Below are positions 10,378 through 19,786 of a stretch of 64,000 nucleotides of DNA, piece by piece; the stretch's first letter is position 1, and every line of letters begins with the position of its first letter. Below the pieces are notes generated by a model. That model ran no database searches and was not told the DNA's origin. It saw nothing but the letters and a program-made list of their open reading frames with translations. The stretch covers positions 160,001 to 224,000 of the forward strand of contig JBMNJG010000012.1 of NCBI GenBank assembly GCA_050951545.1, given 5' to 3'. Position numbers and translations under genes: made by a program. The stretch is from Limnochordia bacterium (lineage in GTDB: Bacteria > Bacillota > Limnochordia > DTU080).

Positions 10378-11331
10378 TCACTCGGTAGTAGTGACCGTGG
10401 CGCTGCTGAAAGCCCGTACGGCGGCTTGAATGGCAGCTTGGTGATCGGGATCGACACGTCCGGTCCTGTGGACTCGGCTGTCTGCGAAGTGAATACAGAA
10501 GTGGCCACCAAAGTCGTTGGACGTGATGGACCCCTTGCCATGAGGGAAACCGTTCATCGAGGCAGCGATACGCCGACCAGCCACTTCTACGACAATCGCA
10601 CGTCGCAGCCAACTCCATTGACCATACACACTCTTCATCACAGCAGTGTCCTCGGCGGTCAGAGGCTCGACGTCCGCGTGCAAGTGCCCGTAGTAACGTC
10701 TGACGCGGAACGATTTTCCCGTCTTCACATCGATGATCCGAGCCACTGTATTGTGAGGGAAAATGCGCTGCACTTCGCTCCAGCTAAGAGCCTGAGGTAC
10801 GAGGCGCTCTCTTGCTGCGCGTGCCTTGGCTGCAGTTTCGGGTGTCGCCGAGCTGGTCTGCGGTGGACTTGCCTCAGACGCTGGAATAGGGACCACCAAT
10901 CTCTGCCCCGGTCTGATCTTGTCCGCATCGCGCAGACCATTGGCTCTTGCAAGCATCTCAACGCTGATGCCATAGTGTCGGGCTAAGCTCCAGAGGGTGT
11001 CGCCACTGCGTACCTCATATGTGCAGTGGGAACGCGCAGAGAGCACCTGTCGTAGCTTGTGCCAGGTTTGTTCGCCTACAGCTCCGTCGACGACTAAGGC
11101 GCTGTCCTGCTGAAACTGACGGACTGCCTTTAGTGTACGGGCCTCAAACATCCCGGTGGGGGCCATCTGCAGAAAACCCAACTGAAAAAGCGAGAGCTGG
11201 AGCTCCCACACAGCATCTCCCTGCGCACCCTCCTTGAGAAGGACAGATGCCGCGTCACATAACCGGGGAATGCACATGAACACAATGATGAGTGTTAGGG
11301 CAATGTAGCGTTTGTACCACAACGTTATCAC
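10378..11331 (-). CDS. Secreted peptidoglycan-binding protein (PG_binding_1 + LysM + C-terminal HFCIHF domain)
   Basis: Signal-like N-terminus; AVRQFQ..DGAVGEQT (PG-binding), YEVRSGDTLWSLARHYG (LysM), HADVEPLT and GHFCIHF. Confidence 0.85.
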   Translation of the reverse strand: MITLWYKRYIALTLIIVFMCIPRLCDAASVLLKEGAQGDAVWELQLSLFQLGFLQMAPTGMFEARTLKAVRQFQQDSALVVDGAVGEQTWHKLRQVLSARSHCTYEVRSGDTLWSLARHYGISVEMLARANGLRDADKIRPGQRLVVPIPASEASPPQTSSATPETAAKARAARERLVPQALSWSEVQRIFPHNTVARIIDVKTGKSFRVRRYYGHLHADVEPLTAEDTAVMKSVYGQWSWLRRAIVVEVAGRRIAASMNGFPHGKGSITSNDFGGHFCIHFADSRVHRTGRVDPDHQAAIQAAVRAFSSATVTTTE

Positions 11332-11390
11332 CTACCAAAATGCTTGCGTGCATCTTACGACTATTTCTGCAGTTTATTCGAGGTGTTCCG

Positions 11391-12107
11391 CTATGTTCCC
11401 TGTCGCCGATTCCGGGTTTTCCCCAAGATAGCCAATCTCGGTCCCCAAGCCCGTCCAAGACGTTCCCCGGTGGAAAACCACGCGCCCACATCATGTTCTT
11501 GGCCCGGCTGAATCTCGATATCGACTGTTAGTTCGGCTCGACCGTCCAACCTATGAGCGGCTATCTGGATCAGGGTTTCAGCGAGAGTGGCCCCAGTTCT
11601 CGCGTGCCTGTCTGCGCGTACCGCAACCACAGGCCTCCCAAACACACGCGCTGCGATGCTTACGGGAATGCCAAATACAGAACCATCAGAAAGGTCGCGT
11701 TGGTTCACCTTCACCATGCATGGACCACTGCTGGACCAAAGGCTCAAGGCAGCGACAGGAGCTGCCTCACCCGTGGTAAGAACCACGGGTTGACCCCTCT
11801 TTACATCGCAGGCGACTACAGCGAGATTCATTGGGCTGCTTTCCAGGCGCGCTTCGTGTAGCAGCGTAGCCATTGCTCCGTACACGGCCTGTTCATTGGG
11901 AACAAGACCTGATGTTTCAAGCTGGCTCCACACACGTACGGAAAAATCAGGATTGTTCACATTGGCGGCCAGTAGAGATGGGAACACGCTGGCGCCGCAG
12001 GCACAGACTCCGCCTACAGGTATTTTTTGTCGCTGAAGCGCGAACAGGAAGCCAGCGTAGGCTGCCCCCTCGCCGCCTCCTGTACCCATGGCCAATGTGA
12101 TACTCAC
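11391..12107 (-). CDS. Degenerate patatin-like protein
   Basis: Gly-rich LAMGTGGGEGAA start and LSDGS, but no GxSxG motif; position next to coaD as for Firmicute patatins. Confidence 0.6.
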   Translation of the reverse strand: MSITLAMGTGGGEGAAYAGFLFALQRQKIPVGGVCACGASVFPSLLAANVNNPDFSVRVWSQLETSGLVPNEQAVYGAMATLLHEARLESSPMNLAVVACDVKRGQPVVLTTGEAAPVAALSLWSSSGPCMVKVNQRDLSDGSVFGIPVSIAARVFGRPVVAVRADRHARTGATLAETLIQIAAHRLDGRAELTVDIEIQPGQEHDVGAWFSTGERLGRAWGPRLAILGKTRNRRQGT

Positions 12108-12125
12108 CTGTATTGGCCCACCCCT

Positions 12126-12587
12126 TTAGTGACTAGCCGCTCGCTGAAGCTCTTCACGGCCGCGGCGCACTACCTTCTGTACCTTATCGAGGTGTTCTTC
12201 CAGATTGGCCAGTACGAAGTCAGCGTACTGATCCGCTCCGACCTCGGTTTCTCGCGCCTTGCTCTCGGCCTCTTCCAGAAGGCGCACCGCTTCTTCCTTA
12301 GCTTTTTTCACTAGCTCGGATTCGCTGACCATCTTGGCCACATACGCTTCAGCCTCTTGGACCATTCGCTCCGCCTCGGCTTGGCTCTCCGCGAGCACGC
12401 GGTCTTTCTCGGAGGTAAGCCATTCGGCACGCTTTACCTCTTCAGGAATAGCGTTGCGAATCTTGTCCACCAGATCAAGAGCCGTCTCTGCGTCGACAAG
12501 CGCCTTGCTAGTAAGCGGGATTTCCGGGGCCGAATCAATAAGCTGATCTAGCCGGTCAAGTAGAATGATGAGATTCATCCGGTTCAT
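12126..12587 (-). CDS. Conserved coiled-coil protein downstream of coaD
   Basis: LDRLDQLIDSAPEIPL...IPEEVKRAEW...GADQYADFVL; helical, typical coaD neighbour. Confidence 0.75.
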   Translation of the reverse strand: MNRMNLIILLDRLDQLIDSAPEIPLTSKALVDAETALDLVDKIRNAIPEEVKRAEWLTSEKDRVLAESQAEAERMVQEAEAYVAKMVSESELVKKAKEEAVRLLEEAESKARETEVGADQYADFVLANLEEHLDKVQKVVRRGREELQRAASH

Positions 12588-12661
12588 GGATTCGCACAGC
12601 GGCGATTCGTCGACACGCCACTGTTACCTCCTCTACAGATTCTTCAGCGCGTAGGGTCATT

Positions 12662-13156
12662 CTACGTTGGGCTGTCCAGTCGGTATCTTTGAGCTATGCG
12701 GTGGGCCACGCAACGGGGGACCCAGCCATCAATTCTGCCACCTAACTGAGCGACCTCCCTAACGATACTGGAACTGATGAAGGAGTACTGATGGCTCGTC
12801 ATCAGGAAGACAGTCTCTATTTCATTGGCAAGATGACGATTAGCTTCAGCCAGCTTGAGTTCATACTCGAAGTCGGACACCGCCCGCAGCCCGCGCACGA
12901 TGGCCTGAGCCCCGCGGCGCCGAGCGTACTCTACAGCCAAACCTTCGAAGCTTTCACAGTAGGCATTGGGCAAGTCAGAGGTTGACTCACGGAGCATCTC
13001 CACGCGCTCGTGCCACGAGAAAAACGAGTCACGCTTGCTCGAGTTACTGAGAACGGCCACATAGAGCTTGTCAAAAAGCCTCGCCGCCCGAGTAATGATA
13101 TCCAAATGTCCTAGAGTTACCGGGTCAAAACTACCCGGGTAAACGGCGATTCTCAA
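12662..13156 (-). CDS. coaD: Phosphopantetheine adenylyltransferase
   Basis: IAVYPGSFDPVTLGHLDII, RGLRAVSDFEYE, ISSSIVRE. Confidence 0.97.
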   Translation of the reverse strand: MRIAVYPGSFDPVTLGHLDIITRAARLFDKLYVAVLSNSSKRDSFFSWHERVEMLRESTSDLPNAYCESFEGLAVEYARRRGAQAIVRGLRAVSDFEYELKLAEANRHLANEIETVFLMTSHQYSFISSSIVREVAQLGGRIDGWVPRCVAHRIAQRYRLDSPT

Positions 13157-13182
13157 TCGTCTTCTTCCCCTTCGCATGTTGG

Positions 13183-13743
13183 TCAGTGCTCACTGCAGGA
13201 TCTCAGGAACGTCACGATGGTATCTCCATACGCTTCCTCTCGGATACAAGGCAGATTCGCTATAGCGGTGGGTACCTCCTCTTTGAATGTGTGTTCTACG
13301 ACAACCAATGCGTTCAAGCTGAGGAGGGGGTGCTTCACGAGGCCCTGTAGAGTGGGCGCGACCAGGCCTTTCTCATAGGGGGGATCCATGAAAACAAGAT
13401 CAAAAATCCTTTTTTCCGTGGCCAGTAGGTGCAGAGCTCGTTTGACTGGCATACCCAGGACCCGCGCCCGATGCGTTAGGGAAGTCTTCTCAAGGTTCTT
13501 CCGAATGCAGGCCAACGCTTGCGGATGATTGTCCACGAGAACTGCTCGCCCTGCCCCTCGGCTAAGGGCCTCTATGGCAAGACTCCCGCTTCCAGCGAAT
13601 AGGTCGAGCACTTGGGCGTCAGCCAGACTACCAGAGATAATGGCAAATACGGACTCCTTTACCCTATCCGCTGTCGGTCTCGAGGTGCCCCCGCGTGGTA
13701 CCTGCAGAATATGTCGTTTCTTTTCCCCAGCTATGACTCGCAA
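13183..13743 (-). CDS. rsmD: 16S rRNA m2G966 methyltransferase
   Basis: RPTADRVKESVF, LDLFAGSGSLAIEALSRGA, DPPY. Confidence 0.95.
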   Translation of the reverse strand: MRVIAGEKKRHILQVPRGGTSRPTADRVKESVFAIISGSLADAQVLDLFAGSGSLAIEALSRGAGRAVLVDNHPQALACIRKNLEKTSLTHRARVLGMPVKRALHLLATEKRIFDLVFMDPPYEKGLVAPTLQGLVKHPLLSLNALVVVEHTFKEEVPTAIANLPCIREEAYGDTIVTFLRSCSEH

Positions 13744-13762
13744 TGTTCTGACGCCCCCTTCC

Positions 13763-15832
13763 CTATATGCACGAGGGATATCGCGCCGTGAGTCTCTCTT
13801 GCAGCGCTGCGTTTTCGGGCGACTGCAACGCAGGGTCCTCTTGCAGTAGTATCCGGGCATCTTCAGTGGCGGCGTTCATCAGAGCCAAATCAGCGGGAAA
13901 CTCAGCAAATTGGAACTCACCATAGCCCGACTGGCGCAGTCCTAGAAGCTCACCGGGTCCGCGCAAGAGCAAGTCCTGTTCCGCCAGTCTGAACCCGTCC
14001 AGCGTATTGCAGAAGGCCTTGAGTCGTTGTGCTGCGAGAGGGGAGGTAGCAGTAGCGACCGCGATGCAATACGATTGGTGAGCTCCCCTACCCACTCTGC
14101 CTCGCAGTTGGTGCAGTTGGGCCAGGCCAAACATCTCGGCTCCTTCGATGACCATGACAGTTGCATTCGGTACGTCAACTCCCACCTCCACCACCGTCGT
14201 ACAGATGAGAACGTCTATTCCACCTTGCTGGAAGGCGGTCATTACCCTCTCTTGCTCGCGTATGGGCATCTGTCCATGTACAAGGCCAACATGAAGGCCA
14301 GCGAGAGGGCCAGACGCGAGTTCTTTGTAGGCGACTGCTGCTGACAGAGTATGCCCAGTAGTCGCCTTCCCGTCTCTGTCATCATCAGCGAGGTCCTCCG
14401 CTTCGATGCGGGGAAAAACCATGTATGCCTGTCGCCCTTCGCACACTTGCTTGCGCAGAAAGCTGTACAGTTGGTCTCTTCTTTCCGGCGCAACCCATCT
14501 TGTAATCACAGTAGAGCGGCCCGCAGGGGGAGCAGGGATGATAGACACATCCAAGTCCTGCCAGAGGACTAAGGCAAGCGAACGTGGGATAGGCGTAGCA
14601 CTGAGGTACAGTGAATGAACAGGCCACTGCGTAGCGAGGCTCGCTCTTTGCTCTACACCAAAGCGTTGCTGCTCATCCACAATCAGCAGACCTAGGCTAG
14701 CGAATTCAGTCGCCAAAATGGCGTGTGTCCCAATGACCATGTCTACCTGGCCCAGCGCTACGCGCTTCTTGACTTGGCTCTCATTGCTATCACCTAAGAG
14801 TAACCCGACCCGCACTCCTGCCGCAGAAAGAAGACCCTGCCAGCGTGTATAGTGCTGTTCGGCCAGCAGACGCGTTGGAACTAGGAATGCCACTTGCTTG
14901 GCGTTCTCTACCGCCTTGACGGCGGCATACATGGCCACTACCGTCTTACCTGCACCCACATCGCCGTGAACAAGACGATGCATCACTGTGCTTTTCTGCA
15001 TATCAGCCCGAATGTCAGCGATGGCTTCTCTCTGGCCTGATGTCAGCTCGTAGGGAAGTGATGCCAGGAAAGACTGGGATTCTGGCCCATCATCAGCGCA
15101 TGGCACGACAGATCTGCGCTGGTGCATACGCTTGCGCCGTTCCATGGCGATGACTGCGAGCAAGAGCTCCTCATAGACCAGGCGACGGCGAGCTTGAACA
15201 GCCTCCGCAGGATGGTTTGGATAGTGCAATCCTCGCAGGGAGTCTGCTAGGGTGGGCAACTGGCGTCTACAGCGTATGCTTCTGGGAATGGAATCATCAA
15301 GCTGAGTCGCCGCGTCCAGTGCGAGGGCTGTCCACTTGCGCATCTGACTCTGGTGCAGACCAGCTACCAGCGGGTAAACTGGCACAATCTGACCAGCTGT
15401 TCCAGTGCCTGATGGAAGCAGCGGATGAACTATCTGTAACCCGCTAGGACCGCGTGATACGGTACCCGCTGCGACCACTCGTTCACCTCGTCGAACAGGC
15501 ACGCGTGCCTGGTCTGCCGCAGGTAGGAACCAGACCAAAAGCAGCTGGCCATCTTCGGCTTCGAGTGTTGCTTCGTGAAGCCACACGCGTCGACGTCGCG
15601 TGGCGCGCGTACGGACAGACGAGATGCGTCCTGATACGGTGACCTGGTCACCAGGATGCAGAGCAGCTGGTTGTGCCACACGGCGATAATCTAGGTAGCG
15701 ACGAGGCTGCAACAGCAAGAGATCACGGACGGTGCTAACCCCTAACTGTGCTAGATAACGAGCCCTGGTTGGACCTATGCCCGATATAGCCGTAACTGAT
15801 TCGTCGATATTCACAGATATCCTTCTTGCCAT
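13763..15832 (-). CDS. recG: ATP-dependent DNA helicase RecG
   Basis: GDVGAGKT, DEQQRFGV, SATPIPR, LHQLRGRVGRG, DLLLRGPGE. Confidence 0.95.
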   Translation of the reverse strand: MARRISVNIDESVTAISGIGPTRARYLAQLGVSTVRDLLLLQPRRYLDYRRVAQPAALHPGDQVTVSGRISSVRTRATRRRRVWLHEATLEAEDGQLLLVWFLPAADQARVPVRRGERVVAAGTVSRGPSGLQIVHPLLPSGTGTAGQIVPVYPLVAGLHQSQMRKWTALALDAATQLDDSIPRSIRCRRQLPTLADSLRGLHYPNHPAEAVQARRRLVYEELLLAVIAMERRKRMHQRRSVVPCADDGPESQSFLASLPYELTSGQREAIADIRADMQKSTVMHRLVHGDVGAGKTVVAMYAAVKAVENAKQVAFLVPTRLLAEQHYTRWQGLLSAAGVRVGLLLGDSNESQVKKRVALGQVDMVIGTHAILATEFASLGLLIVDEQQRFGVEQRASLATQWPVHSLYLSATPIPRSLALVLWQDLDVSIIPAPPAGRSTVITRWVAPERRDQLYSFLRKQVCEGRQAYMVFPRIEAEDLADDDRDGKATTGHTLSAAVAYKELASGPLAGLHVGLVHGQMPIREQERVMTAFQQGGIDVLICTTVVEVGVDVPNATVMVIEGAEMFGLAQLHQLRGRVGRGAHQSYCIAVATATSPLAAQRLKAFCNTLDGFRLAEQDLLLRGPGELLGLRQSGYGEFQFAEFPADLALMNAATEDARILLQEDPALQSPENAALQERLTARYPSCI

Positions 15833-15859
15833 GATCTACAGTCGCTTTCAGGCACGGCT

Positions 15860-16705
15860 TCAGGAAAGCCTAGCGAAGACAGTGCCAACGGTACCGGGGC
15901 CTGCGTGGGTGCTGATTGTGGCGCCAAACGGTGCTCGTATGATCTCCACCGATGGGATGCGTTGTCGCACGCGAGTCTCGATCTCGTCGGCGAGCTCTGA
16001 CTGATCGGCATCGAGGATAGCACATATGTAGGACTGGTCTTCTTTCACGTCGGTGAGAGTGAGCTCAACGAGTCTTTCTAAGGCTCTGGGCAAGCCTCGT
16101 AGGCGGTCTGCAGCGCCTACCATCCCATCGTCGATGCACAGCACTGGTTTGATACTCAGCATACTACCCACGAGCGCTTGTGCCCGCCCGATACGGCCAT
16201 GGCGGGCTAGGTGTTCTAGAGAGTCCACCAGAAAGAAGATGCGGGTTCCCGCAATCAGTCTCTCGCTTTTCGCCCTAATCTCTTCCGCTGAGGCCCCCTT
16301 GGCTGCCCAGCGCGCCCCAATGATAGCGGGCAGACCGATTCCCAGTGATGCCAACCCAGTGTCAATCACATGGATCTGGCGGTCTGACAGCTGCCGTGAG
16401 GCGAGTTTTGCTGACTGGTAGGTTCCGCTGAGCTTGCTTGACAAGTGAAATGAAAAGAGGGTATCCCCAGGTTCGGAGTGCGTTTCGTATGCAGTGAGAA
16501 ACTCGCCGGGAGAGGGTTGCGAAGTGCTTGGCGGATTAGCCGACGTTCTCAGTTCGCGTAGAAACGCCTCAGGAGACAGATCGATGCCGTCTTTGAAGGT
16601 GCGATTGCCAAAATGGATGCTCAGGGGTACTACCGCAACACCAAGCGCGCGGGCAATATCCTCCGGCACATCTGCGGCTGAATCTACGACAAAGCGGATA
16701 GCCAA
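15860..16705 (-). CDS. DegV family fatty-acid binding protein (FakB)
   Basis: DSAAD, TSQPSPGEF, LSSKLSGTYQSA, HAGPGTVG. Confidence 0.93.
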   Translation of the reverse strand: MAIRFVVDSAADVPEDIARALGVAVVPLSIHFGNRTFKDGIDLSPEAFLRELRTSANPPSTSQPSPGEFLTAYETHSEPGDTLFSFHLSSKLSGTYQSAKLASRQLSDRQIHVIDTGLASLGIGLPAIIGARWAAKGASAEEIRAKSERLIAGTRIFFLVDSLEHLARHGRIGRAQALVGSMLSIKPVLCIDDGMVGAADRLRGLPRALERLVELTLTDVKEDQSYICAILDADQSELADEIETRVRQRIPSVEIIRAPFGATISTHAGPGTVGTVFARLS

Positions 16706-16720
16706 AGAACGCCTTCCTTT

Positions 16721-18409
16721 CTATTCTACAGACAGCAGGTACGCGTAGACGGGCTGTCCCCCTCGATAGACCTCCACTTCCAGGTCGAGGCCATCTTGCA
16801 CCAGCTGTGCTACATGGTTCGCTTCTTCCACCTCGACGTCTTCGCCATAGTAGATCGTGGCCAGCGAGCTATCCTCTTTCATCAGTGAGGCAATAAGCTG
16901 ATGGACTACTTCCTGACGGTCGAGAGCCGTGACCAGGATCTTGCCGTCGCTAATCCCCAGATAGTCCCCTGCTCGCACATCGATGGATTCCACTCGGGCA
17001 TCTCTCACTGCCTTTGTGATCTCTCCGCAAGCGATACCGCCTATCGCGGCTTCCATCTGCTTAGCATTCTCCGCGAGGCTAGCGTCTGGCGAGAATCGAA
17101 GAAGGGCAGCAACCCCCTGGCAGAAGGAGCGAGTGGGAACTACAGTAACAGGGATAGACGCCAAGTGGCCTGCCTGTCGAGCTGACATAAGCACGTTCTT
17201 GTTATTTGGCAGCACGAGAGCGGCCTTGGCCCCGCTGTTCTGGATGGCCGTCAAGACCTCTTGGGTGCTGGGGTTCATGGTTTGTCCGCCCTCAACAACC
17301 GCTGTGGCTCCAAGGCTCTTGAGGAGCTCGACACAGCCAGCTCCGCTAGCCACCGTTACGACAGCGATCTCGACAGGCACACGAGCCTCTTCATCGACGG
17401 AAAGGCCCATTCTTGCTGGGACGCGTTTTTCAGCAGCCAGACGGCTCTGCTCTTCCATGTTATCAATGTGGATGTTTAGCAGCTGGCCGCGAACTCCACA
17501 CAATTCGAGTACCAGTCCAGGATGATTCGTGTGAATATGGACCTTGACCAGCTCATCCTTGCCCACAATCAGGAGACTGTCCCCAAGATCCGAAAGATCC
17601 TGTTTCATTCCTCGCCTGTCGATCCCATCGCCCCGGACGACGAACTCGGTGCAGTAGCGATACGTGATCTCCTCGTCGAGGCTGTTAGAGGAAGCCTCTA
17701 GAGCCTCAGTCGCCTGACCATCTCGAACCAAGTTTGATGGTCTGGTTGGTGTGGTTATCGAGGCAGGCGTTGCTGGCTGCTTGCCGTTCAACACCTCATA
17801 GGCTCCACGAGCCGCCACGACCAAGCCTTCTCCTCCGGCATCAACCACGCCGGCTTCGCGCAAGGCGAGCAGGAGATTTGGCGTATCGGCGAGCGTTTCA
17901 GCGGCGGCAAGCAGAGCTCCCTCTAGGACAGACTGCAGATCGCCACCTGTTTCGGCGATCCGTACTGCCTCGTTTGCAGCTTCCCTGCCGACCGTGAGGA
18001 CCGTGCCCTCCACCGGACGCACTACGGCCCCGTAGGCCGCTTGTGCAGCGGAGGCGAAGGCCTGGGCCAGCTCCATCGGCGTAGCCGTGGTTCGCGCGCC
18101 AATAGCATCAGCAAAGCCCCGAATGAATTGAGACAGGATAACCCCCGAATTTCCTCGGGCGCCCATCAAGGCACCGTGTGCTGCAGATTCTGCCAGCTCG
18201 CCCAGCGAGTCGCTTTCGGACTGAAGGACCGCCTCGGTGGCTGCCCATAGGGTGAGTGCCATGTTGGTACCCGTGTCGCCGTCTGGGACTGGGAAGACGT
18301 TAAGGGCATCTACTCGGGCTTTTTCCGCCTCCAACTGCACCGCGGCGGAGTGAGCCATAGTTCGAAACATTTCTGCTGTTAGTTTCTCCACTTGATCACC
18401 TAGACGCAT
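16721..18409 (-). CDS. DAK2 domain fatty acid kinase catalytic subunit (FakA/YloV)
   Basis: LNVFPVPDGDTGTNM, GARGNSGVILSQ, YCTEF, GGQTMNPST; start may instead be the GTG at 18391. Confidence 0.95.
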   Translation of the reverse strand: MRLGDQVEKLTAEMFRTMAHSAAVQLEAEKARVDALNVFPVPDGDTGTNMALTLWAATEAVLQSESDSLGELAESAAHGALMGARGNSGVILSQFIRGFADAIGARTTATPMELAQAFASAAQAAYGAVVRPVEGTVLTVGREAANEAVRIAETGGDLQSVLEGALLAAAETLADTPNLLLALREAGVVDAGGEGLVVAARGAYEVLNGKQPATPASITTPTRPSNLVRDGQATEALEASSNSLDEEITYRYCTEFVVRGDGIDRRGMKQDLSDLGDSLLIVGKDELVKVHIHTNHPGLVLELCGVRGQLLNIHIDNMEEQSRLAAEKRVPARMGLSVDEEARVPVEIAVVTVASGAGCVELLKSLGATAVVEGGQTMNPSTQEVLTAIQNSGAKAALVLPNNKNVLMSARQAGHLASIPVTVVPTRSFCQGVAALLRFSPDASLAENAKQMEAAIGGIACGEITKAVRDARVESIDVRAGDYLGISDGKILVTALDRQEVVHQLIASLMKEDSSLATIYYGEDVEVEEANHVAQLVQDGLDLEVEVYRGGQPVYAYLLSVE

Positions 18410-18471
18410 GAAATGCTGGTAACATTCGGTGAAGGGGGGCCATAATCCTCTGTGGGAATCACCTATCGCCC

Positions 18472-18500
18472 TAGACTAGGGTTACGGCACGTGCTAAGAT
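18472..18500 (+). promoter_or_regulatory. Probable sigma-A promoter of rpmB
   Basis: TAGACT, 17 nt, TAAGAT, with an extended -10 TG. Confidence 0.5.
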
Positions 18501-18560
18501 TAAATGGATGTACCTACGTAACAGATCTGAAAGCAATGTCAATCTGGGAGGACACATCTC

Positions 18561-18752
18561 ATGGCAAGGCAGTGCGTCATCTGTGACAAACAGACAGTCA
18601 CCGGAAATCGCGTGAGCCACTCCAATCGCCGAAACCGCCGCGTCTGGCAGGCGAATCTGCAGCGTGTGCGCATCATGCGCGATGGCACCCCTCAACGGGT
18701 TCACGTATGCACAAAATGCTTGAAATCCGGAAGGGTGGTTCGTGCTATATAA
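18561..18752 (+). CDS. rpmB: 50S ribosomal protein L28
   Basis: MARQCVIC...GNRVSHSNRRNRRVWQANLQ...VCTKCLKSG; GGAGG RBS. Confidence 0.97.
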   Translation: MARQCVICDKQTVTGNRVSHSNRRNRRVWQANLQRVRIMRDGTPQRVHVCTKCLKSGRVVRAI

Positions 18753-18780
18753 TATGCCGCCGCGGCAAAATCATTACTTC

Positions 18781-18828
18781 GGAAATGTCTAGGAGGCAGC
18801 CATTAGGGGCTGCCTCCTAGACATTTCC
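18781..18828. terminator. Long perfect hairpin, probable bidirectional terminator
   Basis: 21-bp perfect inverted repeat ggaaatgtctaggaggcagcc / ggctgcctcctagacatttcc with a 6-nt loop, between convergent units. Confidence 0.7.
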
Positions 18829-19003
18829 CGCCCGCGGGCCATTGCCCTATCCTTGCTCCAGTGCCATCTACACCAGCCATGCCCGTGAGGGAAGAATATG
18901 TTATTTTTTGACAGTCGTTGCCGACTGCGAGGAGTCTCTGACCAGACTCCCTGGATCGGTGTTCTCACCTCCTTGCAGTAGCATTATCGGCCCACGGCGC
19001 AGC
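18829..19003 (-). ncRNA. Candidate structured non-coding RNA (~175 nt), family not recognised
   Basis: Upstream promoter, downstream hairpin, two long-range helices and three local hairpins including a GCAA tetraloop; no credible ORF. Confidence 0.5.
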
Positions 19004-19009
19004 ACCGTC

Positions 19010-19038
19010 AGCATACATTACCCGGATATCTTTGTCAA
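19010..19038 (-). promoter_or_regulatory. Sigma-A promoter firing into the rpe-rpmB intergenic region
   Basis: TTGACA (19038-19033), 17 nt, TATGCT (19015-19010). Confidence 0.6.
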
Positions 19039-19134
19039 CCGTGGATTGCTGTTCTAACCTCGCTCGGTCAAAAGATGTGCCTATTGTCATGCTTGGGTGT
19101 CGCCTAAATGAAATCGGCAAGATTGGGAGCTGAG

Positions 19135-19779
19135 CTAAGCCATAGAAGCAGCTTGAGAAAGCTCAGCCAAGGCGTCTGTGGGGTTATCAGCACCGAATAC
19201 CGCCGTCCCCGCCACAAGGGCATTCGCGCCCGCCTCAACCAATAGAGGCGCCGTCTTTTTGTCTACGCCGCCATCCACTTGCAGGGTGATGTCGCGGTTG
19301 GCTAGTAGCTCGCGCATCGCAGTCAGCTTGCGCAACATCGCCGGGATAAAACGTTGCCCTCCGAACCCAGGGTTTACTGTCATGATCAGTACCAGATCCA
19401 GATCATCCAAGACCCATTCTAGCACGTGAAGAGGTGTCGAAGGATTTAGGGCAACCCCTGCCTTGAGTCCCCTATCTTTGATTTGCTGCAGAACACGCTG
19501 CAGGTGTGGGCAGGCCTCAGCATGCACCGTCAGCCCCCCTGCCCCGGCCTCAGCAAAAGCATCAATATACTTCTCGGGCTCGACAATCATCAAGTGAACG
19601 TCGAGAAAGTGTGGGGTACACTGGCTGAGCGCCGACACGACAAGTGGGCCTATGGTGATATTCGGTACGAAGCGGCCATCCATGACGTCGACATGCAGCC
19701 AGTCAGCCATCTTCACCTGCTGGACAGACTCTGCGAGCTGAGCAAAGTCAGCAGACAACAGAGAGGGTACGATTCTCAC
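19135..19779 (-). CDS. rpe: Ribulose-phosphate 3-epimerase
   Basis: PSLLSADF, HVDVMDGRFVPNITIG, MTVNPGFGGQ, QVDGG. Confidence 0.97.
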   Translation of the reverse strand: MRIVPSLLSADFAQLAESVQQVKMADWLHVDVMDGRFVPNITIGPLVVSALSQCTPHFLDVHLMIVEPEKYIDAFAEAGAGGLTVHAEACPHLQRVLQQIKDRGLKAGVALNPSTPLHVLEWVLDDLDLVLIMTVNPGFGGQRFIPAMLRKLTAMRELLANRDITLQVDGGVDKKTAPLLVEAGANALVAGTAVFGADNPTDALAELSQAASMA

Positions 19780-19786
19780 TTTGGAC

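Noticed and set aside
14660-14690. RecG motif II DEQQ instead of DEQH
   Set aside because: Single change with the other helicase motifs intact; related Mfd has Gln at this position, so there is no case for inactivation.
18842-19057. 71-aa plus-strand ORF, and the minus-strand frame behind AAGGAGGTGA
   Set aside because: The plus ORF has no RBS or recognisable motif; the minus frame has no properly spaced canonical start and runs into the terminal hairpin.
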